64,000 nucleotides of DNA, from IMG/VR virus record IMGVR_UViG_2852055501_000007, positions 23,047 through 87,046 of that record; one strand, given 5' to 3'. The DNA comes from a virus. Lineage: Duplodnaviria > Caudoviricetes. The notes below the pieces were generated by a model, which was given only the letters and a program-made list of their open reading frames with translations, made no database searches and was not told where the DNA came from. A program made the translations under genes and the position numbers. This document shows, in pieces, positions 48,928-58,440 of the stretch (the first letter of the stretch is position 1; each line of letters begins with the position of its first letter).

Positions 48928-48973
48928 CGCGGCGCGCAATGCCCGTGTAATATCAAAGAATTAGGAAGGACCC
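48928..48973 (-). other. cosQ/cosN of prophage B
   Basis: GGGTCCT, 23-nt spacer ending ACG, 12-mer GGCATTGCGCGC, then CGCG; same layout as lambda cos. Confidence 0.7.
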
Positions 48974-49022
48974 AAAAAATTCTGTGACATAACATGCTGT
49001 TTATTGGGCCACGCTGGATAAT

Positions 49023-49400
49023 TTATTTAATAAGATTGGCTTCCAGTAAGCTGATAACCACATCAGCCTGACCGTTATGAGTTTTCGGTAAATCCGGATT
49101 TAATGCCTGATACATCCGGAAGCATTCCGCAGCAGTAATCCCTGAATTTGCTTGTGCCAACTCAAGTATTTTCAACGCATGGTGTTTATTTTTTTCACCA
49201 GCCCCATAATTATTCCCGGGTATATTCTTCACTACACCTTCTTCACAAAGACCCAGGAATGCAGCACGCGGGCAACCTTTATTAATAACGCTTCCGGACT
49301 GGGTCAGACTTGAAATTTGTACTTCCCATTGCTTTGCCAGATCTCCTGCCGCATCATAATTCAATACTGTTTGTACTGCTGCTTTTCCATAAGTAGCCAT
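49023..49400 (-). CDS. Hypothetical protein (DUF6979-like)
   Basis: YG.AAV, KGCPR.AFLGLCEEG, HNGQ.DVV. Confidence 0.7.
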   Translation of the reverse strand: MATYGKAAVQTVLNYDAAGDLAKQWEVQISSLTQSGSVINKGCPRAAFLGLCEEGVVKNIPGNNYGAGEKNKHHALKILELAQANSGITAAECFRMYQALNPDLPKTHNGQADVVISLLEANLIK

Positions 49401-49454
49401 ATCAACCTCTCGGGTAGTTAATATCCACCCAATTAATATCGCATAATTAAGATG

Positions 49455-50099
49455 CTATTTCGCCGTCCGTATCGCCTCTGCTATCGCCCAGTTAATTTCC
49501 TGCGGCAGCAGCGCCTGTGTCATCTTCATTGCCCTGTCCTGATATCCCAGCACAGGCTCAACAGGCAGAGCATCACCGAAACGGATTAACAGTTTCGGCA
49601 TCGGTTGTTTCTTCCGATCTCTACGGGTTCCGTTAGGTGATCGTTGCAGACGCTTCCGGCCTTTCTTGCCCTTCTTCGCTTTCTTCCGTTGCCACACGCC
49701 ATTAACACCACCGATATCACCGATGAAGGTGTTTTCTTTGGATTTCAGCGCGGACATCTTATTGCGTGGCAGGTTGCCGTATTTGTTCAGTTTGATGTCT
49801 TTAGGGTTCAGCAGTGCAGACCCGTTGAGTTTATGCACCCCGCCGATCTCAAACGGTTCAAGATATGCAGCGGCAGTATTCATCACGAACACTTTAGCTT
49901 TCAGATCGCTTTTTCTGGCGCCGCGGCTTTTAACGCTCTTCACCGTGAACGGTGTCGGATTATCCAGATTGCGCTGCATTGCCACTTTCTGCGCGTCTTC
50001 AATCTTTCTGACAACAGATGTCATAGCCTGCGCGGTAGTAAAGGGTATTTGCTTTCGCAGGGTTCGGAGCTGGTTGGTTAGATCTGTGAGGTTTGCCAC
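49455..50099 (-). CDS. Phage morphogenesis protein (gpZ-like, basic)
   Basis: Q.PF..AQA, D.PTPFT, LNKYGNLPR. Confidence 0.65.
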   Translation of the reverse strand: MANLTDLTNQLRTLRKQIPFTTAQAMTSVVRKIEDAQKVAMQRNLDNPTPFTVKSVKSRGARKSDLKAKVFVMNTAAAYLEPFEIGGVHKLNGSALLNPKDIKLNKYGNLPRNKMSALKSKENTFIGDIGGVNGVWQRKKAKKGKKGRKRLQRSPNGTRRDRKKQPMPKLLIRFGDALPVEPVLGYQDRAMKMTQALLPQEINWAIAEAIRTAK

Positions 50100-50110
50100 A
50101 ACACTTATCC

Positions 50111-50335
50111 TTAGCTCATGTATCTCAAGGCATGATCAGTATCAATCTGATATCGATCACTTCTTTCTTTCATTAGTTCAGATATCCTTATCTGAATGCT
50201 TGGTTTTGATAGATTTTCAGACGCTGTGTGGTTCGCAGCCTTTGCGCTGGACAGCGCACGAATTGCTGCTTGGGTGGCATTTAAATCGATAAGGCGCTCA
50301 CGACAAAACATTTCTTATTTGTCTGTGAGTGTCAT
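50111..50335 (-). pseudogene. Remnant of a different (pac-type, XtmA/G1P-like) terminase small subunit
   Basis: MTLTDK*EMFCRE.LIDLNATQAAIRA...A...ASENLSKP.IQ.RI.EL, internal stop and truncation. Confidence 0.75.
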
Positions 50336-50356
50336 TATTTTCTCCAGAGGTGCACT

Positions 50357-50623
50357 GTGCTTTATACATACAATGACATATTGAATATCAAGAAAGACAT
50401 GCAGTGGGTGATAGCCGAAATTCACACAAACCCAAAACTATGTAACAACACCTATCTACAAGAACTTGCTGTCGGGATTGAAAGTGAATTGTGGGCTTAT
50501 GATGACCTGCTAAACCGGATCAGCCCCAGCGAGATTTTTGATTCTACCAAGAGTGATTATAAGTTCCTAGATGTTACTTCTGAGTTAATCGGGAAAATTA
50601 AAACCAACATCTCTCATATTTAA
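50357..50623 (+). CDS. Hypothetical protein (antisense moron)
   Basis: GAGGT RBS, GTG start, 88 aa. Confidence 0.55.
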   Translation: MLYTYNDILNIKKDMQWVIAEIHTNPKLCNNTYLQELAVGIESELWAYDDLLNRISPSEIFDSTKSDYKFLDVTSELIGKIKTNISHI

Positions 50624-50803
50624 CCTAGGATCAGTAAATATTTATTCTTAATCAATCCAGTACTTTTCCTCGCCGGCCTTGTATACTCAGGCCGGTAAGT
50701 TGATTCGTCCTGTCATAATTAACCTCTGCGTCGTTGCTGTAACTCTAGTTAATGCTAGACTCTACCGATTACGCCTAATAATCATTGATGTTAAGGAAGA
50801 AAA

Positions 50804-51385
50804 ATGAGCTCATTTTTAACAATTGGAACAAATTTCAAACAAATTGAATATTTTGATTTATCAAGAAAATTAAAACAGAAGAGAACTCCCAAGTTTGATG
50901 GAGTTGAATTTATCATAAATGTATCACTTAACCTTGCTGATAATCTTGGACTTCGTAAAGCGGCTACCGATGGCTATGATACAAACGAATTTACGTTTAG
51001 ATTTTTAATCGAGAGAACTGAAGGGAACAACACCATATTTGAACGTCCTCTCGCCATGCAATTGTGCATCAAGGGAGAAAGTACGCCTTTAAGTTTTGAT
51101 GATAAAATTAAAGCAAACAACAAACCAATTGATATATTCATAAATCTATTTGATGTTAGCGAAAATGAAATCATATTAATACAAAAAATTTCATTTAGTT
51201 ATAAATATAACGAGCTAAAACCATCAATTAGCTTTTTATTTAATGACTACTCAAAAAAATATCCATCATCCAGATTTAGCCAAACTCTTTCTGTTAAGGA
51301 TGGAAAGGTTGATTTGTCCGAGATTAAAAATGTACAAGCCGAAGTTATTAAATGGATATTGTCAGAACTGAATAACCTTAATTAA
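50804..51385 (+). CDS. AT-rich hypothetical protein (antisense moron)
   Basis: AAGGA RBS, 193 aa, low GC. Confidence 0.7.
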   Translation: MSSFLTIGTNFKQIEYFDLSRKLKQKRTPKFDGVEFIINVSLNLADNLGLRKAATDGYDTNEFTFRFLIERTEGNNTIFERPLAMQLCIKGESTPLSFDDKIKANNKPIDIFINLFDVSENEIILIQKISFSYKYNELKPSISFLFNDYSKKYPSSRFSQTLSVKDGKVDLSEIKNVQAEVIKWILSELNNLN

Positions 51386-51391
51386 GAGCAA

Positions 51392-51841
51392 TTACCGTAA
51401 ACACTCCGTTCTGATGTAGTCCTGCAGATACAGGGTCTGCTTTTCGTTCTCAGTCATCATTTCTCTGAGACGCCAATAATCTTGTTCAGTTGCTTCACTA
51501 AGTCGTGGGGAGGCTTCATTGCTTCCGCTTTCGGTGGTATCGGTTCCGGCCTTTGGACAATCGGCTTTGATGTACACGCGCTTAGCGCCAGACTTAACAG
51601 CAACACGCAGCCGGTCAATCTCAGTTTTTGCATTTGCCAGCTCCTGTGTATGTCTGGTGTCCAGTTCATGAAGTTTCTGTGCACGTTCCTGATAGTCTTT
51701 ATTGATTGCAGTCTGCTCCGCGAGCTGACCACTCAGTGTTGTGTTATCTGCTTTCAGCTGCTGGTTATCCCGGTAGATGTCATATACCCACCAGGCGGCA
51801 GCGATGAACAGTGCGGCTATTACCGCTTCTTTCCAGTTCAT
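51392..51841 (-). CDS. i-spanin Rz
   Basis: TM, LD...T.ELANAK.EI..L, LQDYI...C. Confidence 0.9.
   Translation of the reverse strand: MNWKEAVIAALFIAAAWWVYDIYRDNQQLKADNTTLSGQLAEQTAINKDYQERAQKLHELDTRHTQELANAKTEIDRLRVAVKSGAKRVYIKADCPKAGTDTTESGSNEASPRLSEATEQDYWRLREMMTENEKQTLYLQDYIRTECLR
51457..51633 (-). CDS. o-spanin Rz1 embedded in Rz
   Basis: MQKLRLTGCVLLLSLALSAC lipobox, Pro-rich. Confidence 0.8.
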   Translation of the reverse strand: MQKLRLTGCVLLLSLALSACTSKPIVQRPEPIPPKAEAMKPPHDLVKQLNKIIGVSEK

Positions 51842-51996
51842 GGCGCTTCACACCCATAATGGATCACACCGTCCAGCGGATTACCCGACACAGGCTTGCA
51901 GTGGTTCGGAAGTGAATGCAGATAGCAAACCGACAGCAGAGCAATGGTCAGCAGGATGATAGCAATGATGATCAGCGTTAAAGGATTCCGTGGCAT
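51838..51996 (-). CDS. 52-aa membrane protein in lysis cassette
   Basis: [52 protein letters not shown]; homolog of 2536-2694. Confidence 0.7.
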   Translation of the reverse strand: MPRNPLTLIIIAIILLTIALLSVCYLHSLPNHCKPVSGNPLDGVIHYGCEAP

Positions 51997-52454
51997 ACCG
52001 CGTTCTCCGTATCCCGCCGGTTAATCAGTCCGTGCCACTGCTTGCCACCGGCAAATGTCCAGCGTTTCATTTCGTCACACGCACCGGCGATATCACCTGC
52101 ATTGAGTTTGCGCAGCATAGTGGAGCGCGAGAACGCGCCAGGGCCGACGTTGTAGACAAATGAATAGATGGCCGCCCGGGTATTGTCATCAATCGGCACT
52201 TTGATCATCGGGTCAACCGCGCGTCGGACTTTCGTCAGGTCGTCATGCAGCATGGCCTTACATTCAGCAATCGTGTACGTTTTCCCGAGCTGAATATCAC
52301 TGCCGGTGTGGCCGTAACATACGGTGAGCACTCCAGCCACATCACGGTATGGTTTGTACTCAACACCCTCGTATGCAGGGATCAGCACCAACGCCCCAGC
52401 AATCGCCCCGGCAGTACAGGCAGCCATGACTTGTTTAAATAATCGGTTATTCAT
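51978..52454 (-). CDS. Endolysin (SAR lysozyme)
   Basis: Near-identical to 2676-3152. Confidence 0.95.
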   Translation of the reverse strand: MNNRLFKQVMAACTAGAIAGALVLIPAYEGVEYKPYRDVAGVLTVCYGHTGSDIQLGKTYTIAECKAMLHDDLTKVRRAVDPMIKVPIDDNTRAAIYSFVYNVGPGAFSRSTMLRKLNAGDIAGACDEMKRWTFAGGKQWHGLINRRDTENAVCHGIL

Positions 52455-52638
52455 GATGTTCCCCAGCTTTTAACTGAAATTCCTTGCGTTTGTAATACCA
52501 GTTCACCAGGAACGTCCCGATGGTGCAGACAATACCGGCAACGATAGCCCACTGATCCAGAGACAGGGCGCCAAAAGCAGCTGTAAAGACACCCCACGCA
52601 TACGCCGCAGGGCTGGAATATTTATCGGGCATACGCAT
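52447..52638 (-). CDS. Class II holin, dual-start M-R-M
   Basis: Homolog of 3145-3342. Confidence 0.9.
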   Translation of the reverse strand: MRMPDKYSSPAAYAWGVFTAAFGALSLDQWAIVAGIVCTIGTFLVNWYYKRKEFQLKAGEHHE

Positions 52639-52934
52639 TTTTCCACCCCCTGCGGAGTGTTCCGTGTGTGAATTGATAGGGTAATGTCGCAGCCGGTTTA
52701 TATTGTTACAGACGGTTAAAGTGAGGTGGCTGCGGCATTATTCGGAATCCCACCAGCGGCGGGAAGGCAATAAGAAGAGCACTGTGGCCGAATACGGATT
52801 AGGTAATGAGCCTGTCGTATTCCAATGCTCTTGTTGTTGCAGGCAACAAAAAAGGCCGCCTGAGCGACCTTTCATTACCATAATAAATAACTATTTCTAT
52901 TTTTGATCAAACGAAATAAAGTCAAAAAATTCAA

Positions 52935-53492
52935 TTAATTACTATTCATATCTACGTCTGCGTCTGCATTTGAAGACAGCCACTGCAATATAAGATCAAC
53001 CATCTGATATAGAGTCAAAATCAGTAACGTTAGTGATAAGAATGGTAAATATGTTGGTATCAGTAATACATAATGATTCGATGAGAAGCCAAAAATAAAC
53101 TGAGATATCGATGTCAAAAAGCAACTTGATATAGCGAAAGCCAAAACCCAAGATATGATAACCAAAGGTTCATATAGATTTTTCTTTTTAAAAGGACTTG
53201 AAATATTTTTCTTTTTCCAGCCCTCTTTGGCGATATCAATATACTCTTTGGAATCAAACATTTTTTCTTTTAAATTGATAACTACAAATGTCAATAACGA
53301 CAATAAAAAAGAAGCAACAGCAAGGAATGCCGTAAAAATATACCCTCGAATATTCTCAGAATATACCTTAACTACTTTCACTAAATCACCATCATTTATA
53401 TTGATAAGCACCCATGTAACAATAGCATATAGAGATGCAGAAATAAATAATGATATCAATATGTTAACTGCAATTCTTTTGTTAAGCGTCAT
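52935..53492 (-). CDS. 4-TM membrane protein (second gene of AT-rich moron)
   Basis: Four hydrophobic segments; 17 bp downstream of 294-aa gene. Confidence 0.8.
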   Translation of the reverse strand: MTLNKRIAVNILISLFISASLYAIVTWVLININDGDLVKVVKVYSENIRGYIFTAFLAVASFLLSLLTFVVINLKEKMFDSKEYIDIAKEGWKKKNISSPFKKKNLYEPLVIISWVLAFAISSCFLTSISQFIFGFSSNHYVLLIPTYLPFLSLTLLILTLYQMVDLILQWLSSNADADVDMNSN

Positions 53493-53509
53493 AATTATTA
53501 CCCATTATT

Positions 53510-54394
53510 TCACTTTGACATTATCAATTTATTTTTATCAATTTTATCTATCAAAACATCACACAAGCCGGCTTCACCAAAATTACTCATTTTTATATTG
53601 TCTAAATCTTTTAGGTACTCTTCATGTTCAATCGTATAAATACTGTTTATTGTATCTATCATATCGATCGTCTCGCCATCCATCGCGCCACCATGCCTAC
53701 CTTTGACACTGATTGATGAACCGTGTTCACTTTTTAACTCCTGGATGTAATCATGAAGCTCTTTTTTGTTACTCTTAATCTTCATTGATACACCATTCGT
53801 CCTAAAGCTTAACCTGACTGTTTTAGCTTTCCCATAACTTGATCCGTTAAGAAAGCGCTCACTTACGGTTGTACCAGTCAAAGTCACATTCAACTCATCG
53901 ACAAAATCAAATTTAGACAACTTGTCCATCAATGTCGAGTTATCAACTAACCGCTGTATTTCAAACCTTTCTTTTCTGGGGACTCTTTTGGATTTACTTC
54001 TTACTTTTTCATAAAAGAAATTTCTTAATTTTATGTCAAGAGAAGCCAGCCTCATTGAACCCTCATTGTAAACATAAACACCAGATAGGTTATCTTTTCT
54101 AAATAACAGTATGTTACACTCTAAAATACCGTTACCATCTAATCCCTTGTAACTTAATAACAAGTCATCGAGGTCATCAAATTTAGCCTGACAAAATGCC
54201 TTTGTTTTTTTCAGGGTTAGAGCAACAAAAATGAAATGTTGAGGTCTTTCGAATACGGAAAACATGACCCTTCTGTCAACGGTCTCATAATCCATGTTCT
54301 CTTTATAGTCATTGGCAAAATCATGAAAGAAATCAGTCACTGAATAACTAGCGACTGATGAACGTATTTGTATTGGGGTACAATAAACCTTCAT
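53510..54394 (-). CDS. 294-aa soluble hypothetical protein (first gene of AT-rich moron)
   Basis: Long low-GC ORF between Q and holin. Confidence 0.8.
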   Translation of the reverse strand: MKVYCTPIQIRSSVASYSVTDFFHDFANDYKENMDYETVDRRVMFSVFERPQHFIFVALTLKKTKAFCQAKFDDLDDLLLSYKGLDGNGILECNILLFRKDNLSGVYVYNEGSMRLASLDIKLRNFFYEKVRSKSKRVPRKERFEIQRLVDNSTLMDKLSKFDFVDELNVTLTGTTVSERFLNGSSYGKAKTVRLSFRTNGVSMKIKSNKKELHDYIQELKSEHGSSISVKGRHGGAMDGETIDMIDTINSIYTIEHEEYLKDLDNIKMSNFGEAGLCDVLIDKIDKNKLIMSK

Positions 54395-54506
54395 TAATTT
54401 ATCTCATGTAAAGAAATAATAATTATATTTAATCAATTGTACAATGAACAAATTAACAATCAAATATAATTCATCTTACTCAACACGAAAACCAGCTAAA
54501 AACGAA

Positions 54507-54600
54507 CAAAACCCCGCCAGTGCGAGGTTTCTGTTTATAAGCAATGTGACATAGGAATCACTCTTATCACAATATATTGATGTTTGTAATTACGCAAGTG
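54507..54600 (-). promoter_or_regulatory. Late promoter pR'-like and tR'-like of prophage B
   Basis: TTGCGT/TATTGT hexamers at Q end; CCTCGC..GCGGGG hairpin + T-run. Confidence 0.6.
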
Positions 54601-54988
54601 CATACATATAGTTTTTTGCATAATTTACATCTGACTCCAGTCTCACACCTGATGACGCCAGCCACCCATCAATATACCCCTCTGCTGCCTGTAATCGCTT
54701 CGCAACCTCGTTATGAGAAATCCCCATCTTCCCGCCCATTGTCCGGAGTGTGTACCCTTTAAGGTAATACATGATAATTAATTGAAAATAATATGAATTA
54801 GTATCCTTCATCTGTGTTATCGCCATATCTATCTTCAATCCGTCACTGTCGCTGCATTGTTCTTTTGACCGCTTACTACTGGGGATCAGACCTTTAAACC
54901 CGGCAGCAATATGTGAGTAATCCACCCCACTATTTTCATCTGCCGCCCACGCGCCCCACTGCTCAAGAACCGTCTGAATATCTCTCAT
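54590..54988 (-). CDS. Late antitermination protein Q
   Basis: [32 protein letters not shown]. Confidence 0.9.
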   Translation of the reverse strand: MRDIQTVLEQWGAWAADENSGVDYSHIAAGFKGLIPSSKRSKEQCSDSDGLKIDMAITQMKDTNSYYFQLIIMYYLKGYTLRTMGGKMGISHNEVAKRLQAAEGYIDGWLASSGVRLESDVNYAKNYMYALA

Positions 54989-55018
54989 CGTTTATCTCTC
55001 CGCGCTCCGTACAGCGCA

Positions 55019-56035
55019 TTAACCAAAAACACCGATCCCGTATGACCGGTTCATAAACTTAAATAACAACTCCAGCTGACTGCCGTGCTTTGCTTCCCAT
55101 GCTGCCGGATCCCGGTGTAACTCGTCGTGGTGAACCCGGCACAGCGGGATGGTAAAAATGTCGTGTGCTTTTGTACCGGTACCGCCGGTACCGTGACCGA
55201 TGATGTGATGTGGGTCGTCCGCCTGCTGGCCGCACACACAACACGGCTGGCTTTTCACCCACTGCAGGTATTTCAGACTCTCCCAGCGCTTTAACTTCGG
55301 GATCCGCATAAAACTTGCTGGCGGCTCCGGTTCTATCTCAGGAACAACGACCGGCTTTATCTGCTCGACGATGTCATGAACAATCCGGCTGTGTGAGCGC
55401 GGTTGATGAACAATGGAATGCTCTGTCATGGTGCCGGTTATCTCTTCCTCCGGTTTCTGCATCAGAATGTAGGAACTGATAAAGGCCGGAAGATGATCAC
55501 TGACGCGGCGCATCACCGACCAGGTGAACAAATCGGAAGGATTCAGAAGATGACCGATCGGCAGCCGCAGATCGGTAAAGATGCTGCGTGCCACCAGTGC
55601 CCGCTGGTTACACAACAGAATTTCGTCCGCCTGCTGCTGGTGGATATCACCCGCCCGCAAGATGTTGTCATGGTGCCAGCATGTCCGGATAAAACCATCT
55701 TTGTGGCGGGTCATGGTCAGTTCGTGGTGGTGATAAGGGTTTTCCGGATCGTTAATCTGGCAGTGCCCCACCGATTTAACGTAATGCCGGGAACCGGACA
55801 GTCCGCCGGCCGCTTTTATCACAGCAGGATTATCCAGGAAACGCAGCACCCGCTCATCTGTCAGCAGCGGCTGTGCATCTGCCGGTACCAATCCGGATGG
55901 AATACCATTCATTGAGTGCGGTGCCACGCTCACCACATAGCGGGCGCCATTCCGGAAATTGCCTATCTCCGCCCCCGGATAAAATATCAGTATACGGGCA
56001 TCCTTCTGAACAAAGCCGGTCAACAGGTAATTCAT
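55019..56035 (-). CDS. DUF968-family protein
   Basis: Close homolog of 7865-8884. Confidence 0.85.
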   Translation of the reverse strand: MNYLLTGFVQKDARILIFYPGAEIGNFRNGARYVVSVAPHSMNGIPSGLVPADAQPLLTDERVLRFLDNPAVIKAAGGLSGSRHYVKSVGHCQINDPENPYHHHELTMTRHKDGFIRTCWHHDNILRAGDIHQQQADEILLCNQRALVARSIFTDLRLPIGHLLNPSDLFTWSVMRRVSDHLPAFISSYILMQKPEEEITGTMTEHSIVHQPRSHSRIVHDIVEQIKPVVVPEIEPEPPASFMRIPKLKRWESLKYLQWVKSQPCCVCGQQADDPHHIIGHGTGGTGTKAHDIFTIPLCRVHHDELHRDPAAWEAKHGSQLELLFKFMNRSYGIGVFG

Positions 56036-56283
56036 CAGATAACGCCCTTCCCCTGATATGCTTTCACTTCTTCACGCAAGCGCTGATACCGGTTGTGGAA
56101 TGTGAACGCATCCGCAATATGCAGCCAGCCGCGGCGCTGAATGTGCTTTTCAAAAAAGCGATCATCTGACCAGGCGCGATTCAGGTCGCGCAGTACCCAC
56201 CACCGGACAAACTGGTGCAGAACCACCATCACAGGAACCACACTCACACCGTAAATTTCTTTGCTTTCTGAATGCATGATCAT
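56035..56283 (-). CDS. Hypothetical phage protein
   Basis: Coupled ORF in early operon. Confidence 0.65.
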   Translation of the reverse strand: MIMHSESKEIYGVSVVPVMVVLHQFVRWWVLRDLNRAWSDDRFFEKHIQRRGWLHIADAFTFHNRYQRLREEVKAYQGKGVI

Positions 56284-57167
56284 GCTGCCTCCTGTTCTTT
56301 TATGGCCTGCTCTGTGGCCTGTTTCCAGATATCAATCCACGTCTTGCGGCCCATAAACTCGGTTTGCGTCCGGATACCGGTTTTCCCGGCCATTTCCAGC
56401 GCGATTTCCTCGGTGCGGTTCCGTGGTTTTGAACGTGAGCCGATCAGACGGGTGAATGCCTCGTCACGCTCTACTGAGTTAGTGCTGTTTCCTGCAGCTC
56501 TGCGTTTGAAGTTGGCAGCCTGTCCAAGCCAGTAGCTGAATGCGCGGTGCCAGTCGGTGTATTTCGTACCCTTGCTGGCGTGGTAGTCGCTGAACTTCTG
56601 AAACTCGTCCTGAACATCCAGTCCGGATGCCTCAGCTTTTGCAGCATGATCACTACCCGGTTCAAAGCTTTCCGGCATTGCGGTTTTGACGTTAGTTTTT
56701 TCATCGCGGGAGATAATATTTTTATTATCTGGATCTATGACTGGATCATTACTGATTCTGGGTGCAGCTCCTGCACCACTATCGGAACCAGTTGCACCAC
56801 CTGGTGAATCTGCTGCACCAGTCCCGGAACCATTTGCACCACTCACCCCCGCAGGATTTGCACCATATGGTGCAGGAGATTCACCACTCACAACGGCAGC
56901 ATTCAGGCGCAGATGATAGATATTTGACTGATTCAGACCGTTGGCCGATTTACGGGATTCGATACGAACCAACCCCATTTCCACCAGGGCGTTAATGTGG
57001 TTCTGCACTGAGCGCTCTGACATTTCACACTGCTCAGCGATGTACGGCACAGACGGCCACGATTCACCCTGGTCGTTAGCGTTATCCGCCAGCTTGACCA
57101 GCACCAGTTTGCGCAGCGCGTTGCCGGTTTTTATCTGCAAGGCGCGCGCGGTTAAAATCATACTCAT
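56280..57167 (-). CDS. Phage replication initiator
   Basis: Close homolog of 10112-10999, TGCACCA repeats at 56770-56870. Confidence 0.85.
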   Translation of the reverse strand: MSMILTARALQIKTGNALRKLVLVKLADNANDQGESWPSVPYIAEQCEMSERSVQNHINALVEMGLVRIESRKSANGLNQSNIYHLRLNAAVVSGESPAPYGANPAGVSGANGSGTGAADSPGGATGSDSGAGAAPRISNDPVIDPDNKNIISRDEKTNVKTAMPESFEPGSDHAAKAEASGLDVQDEFQKFSDYHASKGTKYTDWHRAFSYWLGQAANFKRRAAGNSTNSVERDEAFTRLIGSRSKPRNRTEEIALEMAGKTGIRTQTEFMGRKTWIDIWKQATEQAIKEQEAA

Positions 57168-57352
57168 GGTTTCACCTCATCCACGCGTGTATACCGCTCC
57201 TGAAAGGTTTTCAGAGGTTCAAAGCACGGATGTTCATAGCCGTCACGCATGAAAATCACCCGGCTGTTTTGCCGGTCAAACCGGACAACATGAACTTTCC
57301 GCCCGCGGCTGTCGGTGTAATACCGATCCAGATTGTCAGCTGTTTCTTTCAT
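57164..57352 (-). CDS. DUF4222-like protein
   Basis: Homolog of 10996-11190. Confidence 0.75.
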   Translation of the reverse strand: MKETADNLDRYYTDSRGRKVHVVRFDRQNSRVIFMRDGYEHPCFEPLKTFQERYTRVDEVKP

Positions 57353-57540
57353 GTCGCGGCTCCTGCTGTCTTACCCAGACGGTTAAAATCACCTACCGCC
57401 CACTTCACAAACTGGTAGTTTGTTTCCGAGAAACCTTCCGGTACTCTTACCGTATAAACAAATGCGGCAGGGTCTTTACCACCCTTAACAGGAGCAACGC
57501 GGAGTTGCGCAAAGCCTGCCAAATGAGTTAATCTGCTCAT
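57349..57540 (-). CDS. Hypothetical phage protein
   Basis: Coupled ORF. Confidence 0.6.
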   Translation of the reverse strand: MSRLTHLAGFAQLRVAPVKGGKDPAAFVYTVRVPEGFSETNYQFVKWAVGDFNRLGKTAGAAT

Positions 57541-57603
57541 GCGTTTATCTCTTCACACAATTGATATAGCGCGACCGAAGCCGAGAGCCGTATACTCTCG
57601 GCT

Positions 57604-58059
57604 TCACCCTTTTTTGTGGTACTTAATGAATGCATAGATAAATGCCCTTCCTGTTGCCACAGTCCGATCCAACAGTTTTTTCAGTTGTTTTTCTTCTTCA
57701 CTGTCTACCTGCCCGTCTTCCAGTGATTTATCCATAAACACAGCCAGTGCCCCCTGATTAGCCGCTACCTTGCTATGCAGGCGAAATAATTCGGGCTCAT
57801 CCAGATCATCCGGATTGATTCTTTCCACCAGCAGCATTTCAGATTCTGTTGCAACATATTCTGCATACAGTTTCGTCCCGGAGACTTCCTGCATCGTCAT
57901 CAGGTCGTGGTGATCGAAGAACCGGCAGCCGTTCTTCTCATAAAATCGGTTATTGAACGACGTGGCAGACATACCAAGCGCACTGGCCATAACTTCACGC
58001 CCACCATTAGTAGCGCTGCACATCTCTCTTACGACTTCTTTCAGTGATTCGTTTTTCAT
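57604..58059 (-). CDS. YmfL-family / CII-position regulator
   Basis: FNNRFYEKNGCRFF; N-half matches 11447-11911. Confidence 0.8.
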   Translation of the reverse strand: MKNESLKEVVREMCSATNGGREVMASALGMSATSFNNRFYEKNGCRFFDHHDLMTMQEVSGTKLYAEYVATESEMLLVERINPDDLDEPELFRLHSKVAANQGALAVFMDKSLEDGQVDSEEEKQLKKLLDRTVATGRAFIYAFIKYHKKG

Positions 58060-58109
58060 TGCTACTTACCTGCTGGTTTGTTGGTAGTTATTTACTTTCA
58101 ATAATGCAG

Positions 58110-58328
58110 CTATAATGCATGTGCAGTTTTGGGAGGAAACAAGTCATCGACCGTAACAAACACACCGTTGCGGTTAAAAAAAGCCACCAGCCCTCTACAC
58201 ATATCGAGATCTGCTTTACGGCGTCCATTTTCGTAATGACTAATATTTCCCTTAGTGCAACCAATGGCTTTAGCCAGTTCTTCCTGAGTTAACCCCAATT
58301 TTTTGCGATATTGACTTAAATTATTCAT
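58110..58328 (-). CDS. Cro-like HTH regulator
   Basis: RKKLGLTQEELA..IG.....ISHYENGRR, DDLFPP; divergent from cI. Confidence 0.88.
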   Translation of the reverse strand: MNNLSQYRKKLGLTQEELAKAIGCTKGNISHYENGRRKADLDMCRGLVAFFNRNGVFVTVDDLFPPKTAHAL

Positions 58329-58355
58329 CTGCATCTCCTGATTGTTTACAAAATA

Positions 58356-58435
58356 AGTATACATAAAGTAGATACTAAATCCAATGAAAGTATACATTTT
58401 GTCTGTCCACATTAAGGTATACATAACGTATAATT
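58356..58435. promoter_or_regulatory. OR operators of prophage B (TATAC-N5-GTATA)
   Basis: TATACATAAAGTAGA, TATACATTTTGTCTG, TATACATAACGTATA; related sites at 61093-61131. Confidence 0.6.
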
Positions 58436-58440
58436 TTTGT

